Shown: positions 1 through 9,022 of the stretch, in pieces
How the letters are laid out: each line of letters starts with the position of its first letter
Position numbering within the stretch: position 1 is the stretch's first letter
Translations under genes and position numbers: made by a program
The notes under the pieces: model-generated
What the model was told of the DNA's origin: nothing
What the model saw: the letters and a program-made list of their open reading frames with translations, nothing else
Databases searched by the model: none
DNA from: Trueperaceae bacterium
Lineage (GTDB): Bacteria; Deinococcota; Deinococci; Deinococcales; Trueperaceae
NCBI GenBank assembly: GCA_965213705.1
Contig: OZ243913.1
Coordinates: forward strand, 2,080,001 to 2,144,000
DNA length: 64,000 bases
Reading direction: 5' to 3'

Positions 1-326
1 TGCGCCATCTCCAACACGCCGATGGGGGCGAGCAGCAGGGGGCTCGGCAGGGTTGCGCCGAAAAGTTCCACCGAAGTGTCGCGTTCGGCCACGTCCCGGA
101 GCACCCGCGGCACAATGCGCCACCGTTCGAACGCCCGCCGGTTCGCTAGAACGGTGCTCTCGAGCCCCGCCCCGCCCGCCACGTACGCGTAGGCTTGGGC
201 CGACATCTTGCGCTGCGCGGCCTGCTCCAAGTCGGCCGTAATCGTCGGCACCGCCGGCTTTTCGCCCGCGACCCCGCCGAGGTAGATTTCTTCTTGACGC
301 ACACGCCCGATGTTCGGATTAACCAT
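1..326 (-). CDS. FMN-dependent alpha-hydroxy acid oxidase (lactate 2-monooxygenase-like), runs off the window edge
   Basis: Manual translation, not in ORF track: MVNPNIGRVRQEEIYLGG...YAYVAGGAG...NRRAFERWRIVPRVLRDV...PLLLAPIG. TAAAAT lies 6 nt before the ATG. Confidence 0.88.
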   Translation of the reverse strand, partial: MVNPNIGRVRQEEIYLGGVAGEKPAVPTITADLEQAAQRKMSAQAYAYVAGGAGLESTVLANRRAFERWRIVPRVLRDVAERDTSVELFGATLPSPLLLAPIGVLEMA

Positions 327-552
327 CCCGACATTTTAACCGGACTTCAGCTAAGCCTTTTGCAAACCCGCTTCGCACCCGGTTCTTACCGCGCCGCCCA
401 GAGAAGCGCGCGCAGCATGATTTCGCGCCTCTCGAGCAACTCCATCACCCCGACCGGCCCGCCGTGTTGCTCTGGACACTCACTCGGTCGTTCGCGATTC
501 TTGCCGAAAGGTGCAAAGGGCAGTACAGCTCGGGGCTGAAGGGTGGTGAAAA

Positions 553-584
553 GACGCGGCAGAGGTTCGAACCTCTGCCGCGTC
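553..584 (-). terminator. Intrinsic terminator of the sugar ABC operon
   Basis: Perfect 32-bp palindrome GACGCGGCAGAGGTTCGAACCTCTGCCGCGTC followed by TTTT on the minus strand, just after the stop at 612. Confidence 0.85.
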
Positions 585-611
585 CCGTCAGGCCGATGTT
601 TGAAAACCTGC

Positions 612-1718
612 TTAAAAGTCGAAGTCGTTAATGTTCTCCGGAGTGAAAATGAACGGCGCACCCAGCAGCACTTCGGAACCGTTCACGATTTGTAAGTCAC
701 CCAACCGACCTGCCGACACCGAAGTCGCACCGGGCTCCAGGGTCCCATCCGCGAGCGCCCGCATCACGTAAACCGCGGCGTAGCCGAGGTCGATGGGTTT
801 CCACAGCACCACGTTTTGGACACAACCTTCAGACACGTAAGGTTTCATGGCGTTGGGCGTCGCCAGGCCGATGACCGCGACCTCGCCGCACAGTCCGGCT
901 TGCGTGACCGCGTCGGCGCTGGAGGGCGTCGCCACGCTCGTCATGCCGAAAATGGCGTCCAAGTCTTCGCCGTACTTGTTGATAAGCGTGTTCGCCTGGT
1001 TGAAGGACTCGGTCGCGCTCTCTTGCGCTTCCAAGGTCTCGAGCCACTCCATGTCCGGGTAGCACTGCTCCTGGTAGGCCTGCATCTCGGCAATCCATCT
1101 CGCCTGGTTGGGCGTGGTAAAGGTGCTCGTGACGATGCCGAACGAGGCGTCTTCGCCTTTTTCAGTGGCGAGGCTGTCAATCATCGCCTTGCCGATGCCG
1201 TTGAACTCGGCCTGGTTGACGAACCAGTTGCGCGCGTCGGGTTGCGAGTTGGCGTCGTAGCCGACGACGTAGATGCCCCCCTCCAAGGCCCGCTTCAATA
1301 CCGGCGAAATCGCCACGGGGTCGTTGGCGGCGAACAGGAGGCCGTCGACGTTGCCGCTGGCGAGGTAGTTTTCAATCACGGCAACCTGGTCGTCGATGTT
1401 CGCCTCGGTCGGCCCGTCGGTCGTGACGGTCACGTTGCCGAGTTCTTCGGCGGCCTGCTGCATACCCAGCGAGGTCGCGTCGAAGTAGCCGATGCCGATG
1501 AGTTTGGGCACGTCGATAAGGGTCAAGTCGGCCCCGGCCGCAGCTTGGGCGTTGGTCACCGTGCCGCCGTCGTAGGGCATGGCCGCCATCTCGCCCGCGC
1601 CGCCGTCGCAGGACAGCGGGTTGGTCGGCAGCGCGTCCGCGCCGTCCCACTGCTGCGCGAAAGTAACGGTAAAGAGTAGAGCGAAGACGAGGCTTGCGGA
1701 TAGTCTCAGTTTCTGCAT
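612..1718 (-). CDS. Sugar ABC transporter substrate-binding protein (LsrB/RhaS-like, CUT2)
   Basis: Signal peptide; PKLIGIGYF, DGP, LWKPIDLGY and FTPENINDFDF motifs; GGAG RBS. Confidence 0.9.
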   Translation of the reverse strand: MQKLRLSASLVFALLFTVTFAQQWDGADALPTNPLSCDGGAGEMAAMPYDGGTVTNAQAAAGADLTLIDVPKLIGIGYFDATSLGMQQAAEELGNVTVTTDGPTEANIDDQVAVIENYLASGNVDGLLFAANDPVAISPVLKRALEGGIYVVGYDANSQPDARNWFVNQAEFNGIGKAMIDSLATEKGEDASFGIVTSTFTTPNQARWIAEMQAYQEQCYPDMEWLETLEAQESATESFNQANTLINKYGEDLDAIFGMTSVATPSSADAVTQAGLCGEVAVIGLATPNAMKPYVSEGCVQNVVLWKPIDLGYAAVYVMRALADGTLEPGATSVSAGRLGDLQIVNGSEVLLGAPFIFTPENINDFDF

Positions 1719-1796
1719 GGGTTCCTCCCTGGAACGTGGGGTGCTCGAGTTTACAAACGTCTCTGAGATGTCTTTAAGTCGAATGCTTGGCGGTCA

Positions 1797-2777
1797 TCAC
1801 CTCCCCCTCCGTCCCTGAATGAAGTTGTTGACGAGGATGGCGAAAATGAGGATGGCCCCGATGACGACGATGGTCGCGTCGCTCGTCACACCGGAGAGCG
1901 CGAGGCCGTTTTTGAGGGTTTGGATGAGGACTAAACCTAGCACGGTGCCGAGAATCGTCCCCTTGCCCCCGAAGATGCTCGTGCCGCCCAGCACCACCGC
2001 GGCGATGGCGTCGAGTTCCAAACCGCTGCCCATGTCGCTCCGCGTCGTCGTCACGCGCGACACGAAAATCACGCCCGCCAGCGCGCTCATGAGTCCTGCG
2101 TAGCCGTAACTGAGGAGGAGCGTCCGCCCGACGGGCAAACCGCTGAAGCGCGCCCCGACCGGGTTGTTGCCGATGGCGTAGAGCGACCGCCCGAGCGTGG
2201 TGAAGCGGAGGAGGACGCTCGAGACCACCGCGAACACGATAAACAGCCACAGTTGCACCGGCAACCCCAGCAGGTTGGCCTGCGCGAAACTCGTAAACCA
2301 CTCGGGATACCCGGTCACGCTCCGCGCCTGGCTGATGCCCTGCGCGAGCCCGCGGTAGAGCGCGAGCGTCGCCAGCGTCATGATGAGCGGCGGCACCCCC
2401 ACCCGGACGATGAACAGGCCGTTCATAAGCCCTGCCAAGACGCCGACGAGCAGCGCCAGTACCACCGCGAGCGCCAGCGGCACGCCCACCCCGCTCCAAA
2501 ACACCCCGAGCAAAATCGCGCAGAGCCCGAGAATCGAGCCGACGGATAAGTCTATTCCCGCCGTGATGATGATAAACGTCATCGGCAGGGCGACGAGCCC
2601 GACTTCGCTCATCAAGCGGCCCTGGTTGAAAAGGTTGCGTGTGGACAAAAAGTTGGGGTTGAGGTTTGCAAACACGGCGACGACGATGACGAGGAGAATC
2701 AACAAAATCCCCTCCTGGCCGAACAGCGCCGCGCGGAGCCGCCGGCCGACGCCGGGGGTTTGCGTCCCAGTCGCCAT
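1797..2777 (-). CDS. Sugar ABC transporter permease (RbsC/LsrD-like)
   Basis: GIDLSVGS, GNNPVGARFSG and ELDAIAAVVLGGTSIFGG motifs. True start MATGTQ overlaps the upstream stop (TGATG). Confidence 0.92.
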   Translation of the reverse strand: MATGTQTPGVGRRLRAALFGQEGILLILLVIVVAVFANLNPNFLSTRNLFNQGRLMSEVGLVALPMTFIIITAGIDLSVGSILGLCAILLGVFWSGVGVPLALAVVLALLVGVLAGLMNGLFIVRVGVPPLIMTLATLALYRGLAQGISQARSVTGYPEWFTSFAQANLLGLPVQLWLFIVFAVVSSVLLRFTTLGRSLYAIGNNPVGARFSGLPVGRTLLLSYGYAGLMSALAGVIFVSRVTTTRSDMGSGLELDAIAAVVLGGTSIFGGKGTILGTVLGLVLIQTLKNGLALSGVTSDATIVVIGAILIFAILVNNFIQGRRGR

Positions 2778-4180
2778 CAGACGCGCTGCCTTTGCCTGCG
2801 CAGCAGGTCGATTAAGACCGTGACGAGAATCAGTACGCCCTGCACCGCCTGAATCCAGAAGGGCGACACGTTCACAAACACCATACCGGAGCGAATCGTG
2901 TTGAGTAAAATCGCCGCCAACATCGCGCCGATGACGGTGCCCTTGCCGCCCAAAATGCTCACGCCGCCCACGACCGCCGCAGTGATGACGAACAGCTCGA
3001 GCGCGGGCGGCGGCGTCGCCTGAATGACCTGCAACTGCGTCGCATAGAGGAGGCTCGCCAGACCCGCAAAAACCCCGTTCAGCACGAACGCCATAATAAC
3101 GACCCGCGTCGCGTTGATACCCGAGAGCCGCGCCGCCGCCGCGTTGCCGCCGACCGCGTAGAGCGTTCTCCCCGCCGGGCTGTACCACATCCACAGCGCG
3201 GCGAGCAGCGTCAACACGAGCATAAAAACAATCGGCATCGGTACGCCGAAGGGTTTGGTCTGCGCGAGGTAAAAGCCGTCCGGCATCCCCGTCACGCGTT
3301 GCCCACTGGTCCACAAAATCAGCACGCCCTTGAGGATGCTGAACATCCCCAGCGTCACCACGATGGACGGCACGCGCAAATACGTCACGATAAAGCCGAT
3401 GAGCGCGCCAACGAGCGCGCCGACGATTAAGGGCGCGAGCCAGGCGACCCACACGGGCGCGCCGCCCACGACGAGCCGCCCGCTCACCACCGCGAGCAGC
3501 CCGATAAGCGAACCCACCGAAATGTCGATGTTCCCCGTAATAATCAACATGCTCATGCCGATGGCCGCCACCGCGATGTAGGCGTTGCCGGAAAGCACGT
3601 CGAGCAGGTTGCGCGTCGCCAAAAAGCGCGGGTTGTTCAGCCCGACGACAATCAGGAGCAGGGCGAGCGCGATGAGGATGGCGCTTTCCTGGTTGGCGGC
3701 CAAGTTGCGCAGGCTGTACTCGGGCGGCGCGGCGGGGCGGGGCACGGCGACTTGGGCGAGCATGATGACGCCCAAACCCAAGAGCGCCCAAAACCCGACG
3801 CCCATCTGCCCTAAATACGTCGCCGCTTCCGCGCGGTAGTCGAGGGCAAAGACGGCGAAGTACTCGAGCATCACCACCCCCGCCAAGGCCGTAAGCGCCG
3901 CTGTTGCGCGGCCGAGGTGTGCGTTGGTGAGGTTCCACAGCCCCAAAAAGAGCAGCACCAGCGTCGCGAAGGGAATCAGCGCGAGGCCGTTGGTCGTCAG
4001 CCCGAGTTCGTTGTTACCGCGCGTCTCAGTCAGGGTAGAAATCGTGGTCGCGCCCAAATTGGGCTGATTCACAAACGGGAAAAACTGGTAGGCGATGAAA
4101 ACGAGGATAGCTAGCACGATGGGAATGAGCAAAACGGGCTGGAAGCTCGAGCTGGACCGATTTATCGTTTGACTCGTCAC
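2777..4180 (-). CDS. Sugar ABC transporter permease (RbsC/LsrC-like) with N-terminal membrane extension
   Basis: GNIDISVGS, GGNAAAARLSGI and ELFVITAAVVGGVSILGG motifs. GTG start overlaps the ATPase stop (GTGA). Confidence 0.9.
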   Translation of the reverse strand: MTSQTINRSSSSFQPVLLIPIVLAILVFIAYQFFPFVNQPNLGATTISTLTETRGNNELGLTTNGLALIPFATLVLLFLGLWNLTNAHLGRATAALTALAGVVMLEYFAVFALDYRAEAATYLGQMGVGFWALLGLGVIMLAQVAVPRPAAPPEYSLRNLAANQESAILIALALLLIVVGLNNPRFLATRNLLDVLSGNAYIAVAAIGMSMLIITGNIDISVGSLIGLLAVVSGRLVVGGAPVWVAWLAPLIVGALVGALIGFIVTYLRVPSIVVTLGMFSILKGVLILWTSGQRVTGMPDGFYLAQTKPFGVPMPIVFMLVLTLLAALWMWYSPAGRTLYAVGGNAAAARLSGINATRVVIMAFVLNGVFAGLASLLYATQLQVIQATPPPALELFVITAAVVGGVSILGGKGTVIGAMLAAILLNTIRSGMVFVNVSPFWIQAVQGVLILVTVLIDLLRRQRQRV

Positions 4181-5679
4181 GCCGCCACACTCGCCTTTTC
4201 GTCGCCCATCATCGCGCTTGCAATTCTCTCTTGCGTGGCGTCTGAGCGCGCCACCTCTGCAACAATTCGCCCGCCGCGCATCACCAGCACGCGGTCGCTC
4301 ATGCCCAAAATTTCGGGCAGCTCGGACGAAATCATGAGGATGGCGAGCCCGCGCTCCGCCGCCAAACCACTCATCAGCCGGTGAATCTCGCTCTTCGCGC
4401 CCACGTCGACGCCGCGGGTCGGCTCGTCGATGATGAGGAGTTTCGGGTTCGCGGCGAGCCACTTGCCGACCACGACCTTTTGCTGGTTGCCGCCCGAAAG
4501 GTTGTCGACGGTTTGCTCGGGGCCGTAGGCGCGGATGCCGAATTGTTGGATGGCCTTAGCCGCTAGCGTTTTTTCTTCCGACCGCTTGATGAATGAACCA
4601 CTCGAGTACGCTCTCAATACCGCCATCGACAAATTTTCGCGCACCGTCATCTCTTTGATGAGCCCTTGCGTGCCGCGGTCCTCAGGGACGTAGGCAATCC
4701 CGTTCGCCACCGCCTGAGCGGGCTGAGTCACGCGGACGGGCTTGCCCCCAATCAAAATCTCGCCCGACTCCGCGGGCAAAATGCCAAAAATCACCTGCGC
4801 GGTTTCGCTGCGCCCTGCGCCGACGAGCCCCGCCAAGCCGACGATTTCGCCGGCCCGTACCGTGAACGACACGTCCCGCGTGTAGGGTTCATTGGTAAGG
4901 TTGCGGACCTCTAAGACCACCTCGCCCACCTCGGCCTCTTGCTTGGGAAAAAGTTCGTCGATAGTGCGCCCGACCATCATGGTGATGAGTTGGCTTTCGG
5001 TGACGTCGGCAACGTTTTGCGTGCCGATGTACGCGCCGTCGCGCAGCACGCTCACGCGGTCGGCGAGCGCGAACACCTCGCTCAGTTTGTGCGAGATGTA
5101 CACCACGCCCACGCCCCGCTCGCGGAGCAGGTGCACGGTTTTGAAGAGGCTGGCGACGTCCGACTCGCTCAGCGCCGCGGTGGGCTCGTCCATGATGAGG
5201 AGTTTCGCCCCTTTCGTGAGCGCCTTGGCGATTTCGACGCGCTGCCGGTTGCCGACGTTGAGGGTGCCGACCTTGCGTTTCACGTCGAGGTCGTAAACCT
5301 CCAGCTCGGCCAGCGCCTCGCGTGCCCGCCGCGCCGTGGCGTCCCAGTCGATGACGCTGAACGGCCCCAGACCACGGCGGGGTGCGTGGCCCAAAAAAAT
5401 GTTCTCGGCGACGCTGAGTTCGGGGTAGAGGCTGAGTTCTTGGTGGATGGTGTGGATGCCCCGCGCCTGAGCTTCCCGTGGGTTGCCGAGGACGAGCGGC
5501 TGGCCCTCCCAGTGCAGCGTGCCCTCGTCGGGTTTGTAGACCCCCGAAATCGTCTTGATGAGCGTCGACTTGCCCGCGCCGTTCTCGCCCAACAGCGCGT
5601 GAACCTCACCCACGCGCACCTCGAAGTCCACACCTTTGAGCGCGTGGACGCCGGGAAAGCGTTTGTGAACGTTTCTCAA
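4177..5679 (-). CDS. Sugar ABC transporter ATP-binding protein (RbsA-like, two NBDs); 5' end uncertain
   Basis: GENGAGKST, MDEPT, LSGGNQQK, IDEPTRGVDVGAK. The frame stays open to 5712 but has no ATG. Confidence 0.93.
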   Translation of the reverse strand: MRNVHKRFPGVHALKGVDFEVRVGEVHALLGENGAGKSTLIKTISGVYKPDEGTLHWEGQPLVLGNPREAQARGIHTIHQELSLYPELSVAENIFLGHAPRRGLGPFSVIDWDATARRAREALAELEVYDLDVKRKVGTLNVGNRQRVEIAKALTKGAKLLIMDEPTAALSESDVASLFKTVHLLRERGVGVVYISHKLSEVFALADRVSVLRDGAYIGTQNVADVTESQLITMMVGRTIDELFPKQEAEVGEVVLEVRNLTNEPYTRDVSFTVRAGEIVGLAGLVGAGRSETAQVIFGILPAESGEILIGGKPVRVTQPAQAVANGIAYVPEDRGTQGLIKEMTVRENLSMAVLRAYSSGSFIKRSEEKTLAAKAIQQFGIRAYGPEQTVDNLSGGNQQKVVVGKWLAANPKLLIIDEPTRGVDVGAKSEIHRLMSGLAAERGLAILMISSELPEILGMSDRVLVMRGGRIVAEVARSDATQERIASAMMGDEKASVAA

Positions 5680-5891
5680 GCTCAGGAGGGGCGTGCTAAT
5701 GGGTTTGGCCTCTCATAGGGGAAGGAGAAAGAAAAGTGGAAAGGAAAAAGGAGAAAGTCATAAGTTTTTCCTCTGTTCCTCCACTCTCCTGCCGAAACTA
5801 AAGCGTATAAGCCGAGGCTCGAGCCCGCTCGTTCATGTCTAAAGTTTAGGTTCCGCATCGTACCAAGCCCTCTCCGGGGTTGCAACGCGGT

Positions 5892-6752
5892 TCACAGTAG
5901 CCCGTGCGCGGCCGCGCCCTTTTTGAGAAACGCCAGACCCTCGCGCGCCAAGACCTCGGACGGTTGGTTGGTGGGCCGCCACAGACAGGTCGCCGCCTGC
6001 AGGTCGGGGTTGATGGCGGAGAAAGACTCTAAAACCAGGTGGCCGGAAAAATTCGCGTCTTTTAAGCCGCGCCACACTTCGTCCCAGTTCACCGTGCCGC
6101 TGCCGACGAGGCCGCGGTGGCTTTCGCTCATGTGGACGTAGTCGAGCACGTCGGCGTTTGCAACCAGCGGCGCGTAAAAGCCTTCTTCTTCGATGTTCAT
6201 GTGGTAGGTGTCGGCGTGCAGTTTGAGGTTGTCGGCACCTGTCGCCAAACCTATCGCCAAAACCGTGTCTCGAGTGTCGGCCAGCGTGTTGTAAAGATAA
6301 GTCTCGTAGCGGTTGCAGGCCTCGAGCCCCACGGTGATGCCCCGCCGCGCCGCGTCCTGCGCGACCTCGCCCAGGGTGTCGACGACGGTTTGCCGTTCCT
6401 CGGCGGTCGGCGGCGCACCCGTCAGGGTGCCGAGCGCGTAGGCGGTGCAGCCGGTCAGGTAGGTCGAGCCGAGGGCCTCGAGCGCGTCGAGCACGTCAGT
6501 CAGAAACGCTTTTGCGCGGTCGGGATAGATGGGCATGTGCGCGTCGGCGGGCAAGCCGAGGGAGCAGACCGCGGCTATGCCGACCTCTTCAAGCGTCGCC
6601 TTGTGACTCGCCACGTCGAACTCGGCGGGTTTGAGAAGCGGGATTTCGACGAAGTCGAAGCCCATTTTTGCAGCCTCCCGAATTGCGGCGTTGCCGCTCT
6701 CAGTTGTCCACTTACCTATCCAAACAAAAGCGTGCGCGCCTAGCTTGACCAC
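5892..6752 (-). CDS. Ketose 3-epimerase (D-tagatose/D-psicose/L-ribulose 3-epimerase family)
   Basis: LEACNRYE, DTYHMNIEE, HMSESHRG and LESF metal-binding motifs; AAGGAG RBS before GTG at 6752. Confidence 0.85.
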   Translation of the reverse strand: MVKLGAHAFVWIGKWTTESGNAAIREAAKMGFDFVEIPLLKPAEFDVASHKATLEEVGIAAVCSLGLPADAHMPIYPDRAKAFLTDVLDALEALGSTYLTGCTAYALGTLTGAPPTAEERQTVVDTLGEVAQDAARRGITVGLEACNRYETYLYNTLADTRDTVLAIGLATGADNLKLHADTYHMNIEEEGFYAPLVANADVLDYVHMSESHRGLVGSGTVNWDEVWRGLKDANFSGHLVLESFSAINPDLQAATCLWRPTNQPSEVLAREGLAFLKKGAAAHGLL

Positions 6753-6798
6753 GGGCTTCTCCTTTTGCGAGCTTTTGAACCGAGTTGTGAGCACGGAT

Positions 6799-7587
6799 TC
6801 ACGCCCCGACCTCGACAATCTGAAATGCCGTCTCGCCGGTCTCGAGTTTAGTTTTGTAGACCTCGCTAAGCTCGCTGTCCGTAATAATCAGGTCGAGGGC
6901 GTCCAAACCCGCCACCCGCGCGAGCGCCCGTTGGCCGAACTTGCTCGAGTCGATGAGTGCGGTGCGCCGCGCCGCGCAGTTCAACATGGTGCGCTTGACT
7001 TCGGCCTCGTCAATGTCGGAGTCCATGAGCCCGCCGGGCAACTCCAAACCCTTGGCGCTGACAAAAGCGTGGTCTAGGCGCAAATCCTGTAAGGTTTGTA
7101 ACGCCAACGGTCCGACGAAGCTGCCCGCGACTTGCCGCAAGTAGCCGCCGGTCAGGATGACCTGCGCCGAACCCGCGCGGAGTTCCTGGGCGCTGTCCAA
7201 GCCGTTGGTCACCACCATGACCGGCCGCCGGGCGAGTTCTCGGGCCAGCGCGAGGCAGGTCGTCGAGGTGTCGAGCGCGACGGTGTCCCCGTCTTTGACG
7301 AGGCTGGCAGCGTAGCGCGCGAGCGCCGCTTTTTCAGCGGCGTGCTTGAGCATCCGGTCGTTGTAACTGCTCTCGAAGGCGGTCTGTTCCGTGGCGACCG
7401 CGCCGCCAAAGGTACGTGCCAAGTGGCCCGCGTCGGCGAGCGCTTCGAAGTCACGCCGAATCGTCATCTCGCTCACACCGAGCCGTTCTGCCAAGTCGAC
7501 GATGCGCAGCGTACCCTGGGTGTTGACCAGGTCCCGGATACGCTGTTGCCGCTCGGCGGGCAGCAAACGCGCTTCAGTAACGGGCAT
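6799..7587 (-). CDS. DeoR/GlpR family transcriptional regulator
   Basis: VSEMTIRRD HTH, DTSTT, DSSKFG motifs. Confidence 0.93.
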   Translation of the reverse strand: MPVTEARLLPAERQQRIRDLVNTQGTLRIVDLAERLGVSEMTIRRDFEALADAGHLARTFGGAVATEQTAFESSYNDRMLKHAAEKAALARYAASLVKDGDTVALDTSTTCLALARELARRPVMVVTNGLDSAQELRAGSAQVILTGGYLRQVAGSFVGPLALQTLQDLRLDHAFVSAKGLELPGGLMDSDIDEAEVKRTMLNCAARRTALIDSSKFGQRALARVAGLDALDLIITDSELSEVYKTKLETGETAFQIVEVGA

Positions 7588-7638
7588 CGAACCTCATTTC
7601 CTGTTGACCCAACGATTGATTGCAACCCTGTAGCAAGG

Positions 7639-7713
7639 AGTTTAACCGCTTTGAACAAGCTTTGTCAAGAAACCACACAAATTTGTTAACTTTTGTTAGT
7701 TTCCGTATGTTAA
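7639..7713 (-). promoter_or_regulatory. Sigma70-type promoter of deoR-epimerase-ABC with upstream tandem TTTGTTA boxes (candidate DeoR operator)
   Basis: Minus strand TTGACA (7668-7663), 18-nt spacer, TAAACT (7644-7639). TTTGTTA occurs twice at a 10-bp period in 7681-7700. Confidence 0.6.
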
Positions 7714-7885
7714 AGGGGTAATAGTCAGCTTGTGGATGACGTGGCCGTACACCACGGGGCCACCTATGTCTCAGAGCGTGCCCGTCCAAACAGGGGTGTG
7801 CTGCTTGGCCCCTAGTTTTGGCCCAACGATTGCAGGGCTGTGCGAACGGCGCGTACCAACCCGAGATTACGCGTCAGCCGACTTT

Positions 7886-9022
7886 TCACCCTTGCCAGGC
7901 CGTACCCCGGTCGTGCCGTCCGCGGTAAACCCCTTCCGGGCCGGCTCGCCAATGAGTGCCGTCCACACCTTGCGCTGCTCGAGCCCAGCCCCCGGCCAGC
8001 CGCTCTGTCACGTCCTCGTAGCTGCTTATGCCACTCACCGCGTCGAGCGCTTCGACGCTTCTAGCGCCGACCGCGTTGGCGACGGTGAGGCAGCGCTCGA
8101 GCCCCTCACCCCGCAACAGCGCCGCGACAAAACCCGCAACGGTGGCGTCGCCCGCGCCGGTCGTCCCCTTTACGTCGGCGCTGAAGACGGGCGACCACAG
8201 TTCGCGCTCCGACCAGGCGGCTAGGTTTTGAGGTTCGGCGCGACCGAGAGCGCGGGCTTTCAGGTCAGCCGTTCTCAGGTAAAGACCGTTCTCACCCATT
8301 TTGAGGCCGACGACGGATGTGCCAAGCTCGAGCAGCGCCTCGGCAACCGGGGCCAGCGCCGCCACGTCATTCGGCACCGCCCACCCCAACATAAAGCAGA
8401 CCTCTTCCAAGCTCGGCAGAAAAAAGTCGACGTGCGGCAGGACTGTTTGCAAAAATCCTCGCCAGTCAGCTCGGCCCGAGGCGGCTTGCGGGTCGGGCAT
8501 CGCCATGTCGAGCACGGTGGTGAGGCCTAGTTTTTTAACCTCGCGCAGCCGCTCGGCCAGTGCGACGCCGCCGTCCGTAAAGGTGCGCCACAGCAGTGGC
8601 GGATAGCCGAAATAAAACAAGTCGGCGTCCGCAATTTCGTCCAAAACGATGTCTTCCGCCCCGAAGCTGTCGTTGCAGCCCGCGTGGTGCAAAAAGAGGC
8701 GGTCGACGCCCGGCGGGTTCAGCACGACGGTGTAGGAGGTGTTCGCGGTGGCCGTGCGCTTCAAACCTTGCGCGGCCTGTGGACTGAGGGCGCTCAGCTG
8801 GGCGTGGACGATGTCGCCGAAAGCGTCCGCGCCGACTTTGCCCACGAGTTTGGCGTCCACGCCTAACTTGAGCAGCGCCCCACCGACGTTGGCAACGCCG
8901 CCGCCGCAGGCCAGCGTGGCCGCGCCCACGTTTATGAGGCGGCCGGGCTCGAGCCGCACCTCACTACTATAGAATTCGGGGATGATGTCGAGGCACAGGT
9001 GCCCCGCCACCACGGCTTTCAC
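7886..9022 (-). CDS. PfkB family carbohydrate kinase
   Basis: GGGVAN, VGKVGADAFG and TTGAGDATVAGF motifs. Confidence 0.92.
   Translation of the reverse strand: MKAVVAGHLCLDIIPEFYSSEVRLEPGRLINVGAATLACGGGVANVGGALLKLGVDAKLVGKVGADAFGDIVHAQLSALSPQAAQGLKRTATANTSYTVVLNPPGVDRLFLHHAGCNDSFGAEDIVLDEIADADLFYFGYPPLLWRTFTDGGVALAERLREVKKLGLTTVLDMAMPDPQAASGRADWRGFLQTVLPHVDFFLPSLEEVCFMLGWAVPNDVAALAPVAEALLELGTSVVGLKMGENGLYLRTADLKARALGRAEPQNLAAWSERELWSPVFSADVKGTTGAGDATVAGFVAALLRGEGLERCLTVANAVGARSVEALDAVSGISSYEDVTERLAGGWARAAQGVDGTHWRAGPEGVYRGRHDRGTAWQG

Noticed and set aside
1797..3938. 713-aa ORF suggesting a fused permease
   Set aside because: The N-terminal part is an alternative-frame shadow of the upstream permease; the real start is at 2777.
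612..5679. Canonical AI-2 (lsr) or rhamnose operon
   Set aside because: No LsrK, LsrG, LsrR or RhaA/B/D; the family resemblance does not fix the substrate.
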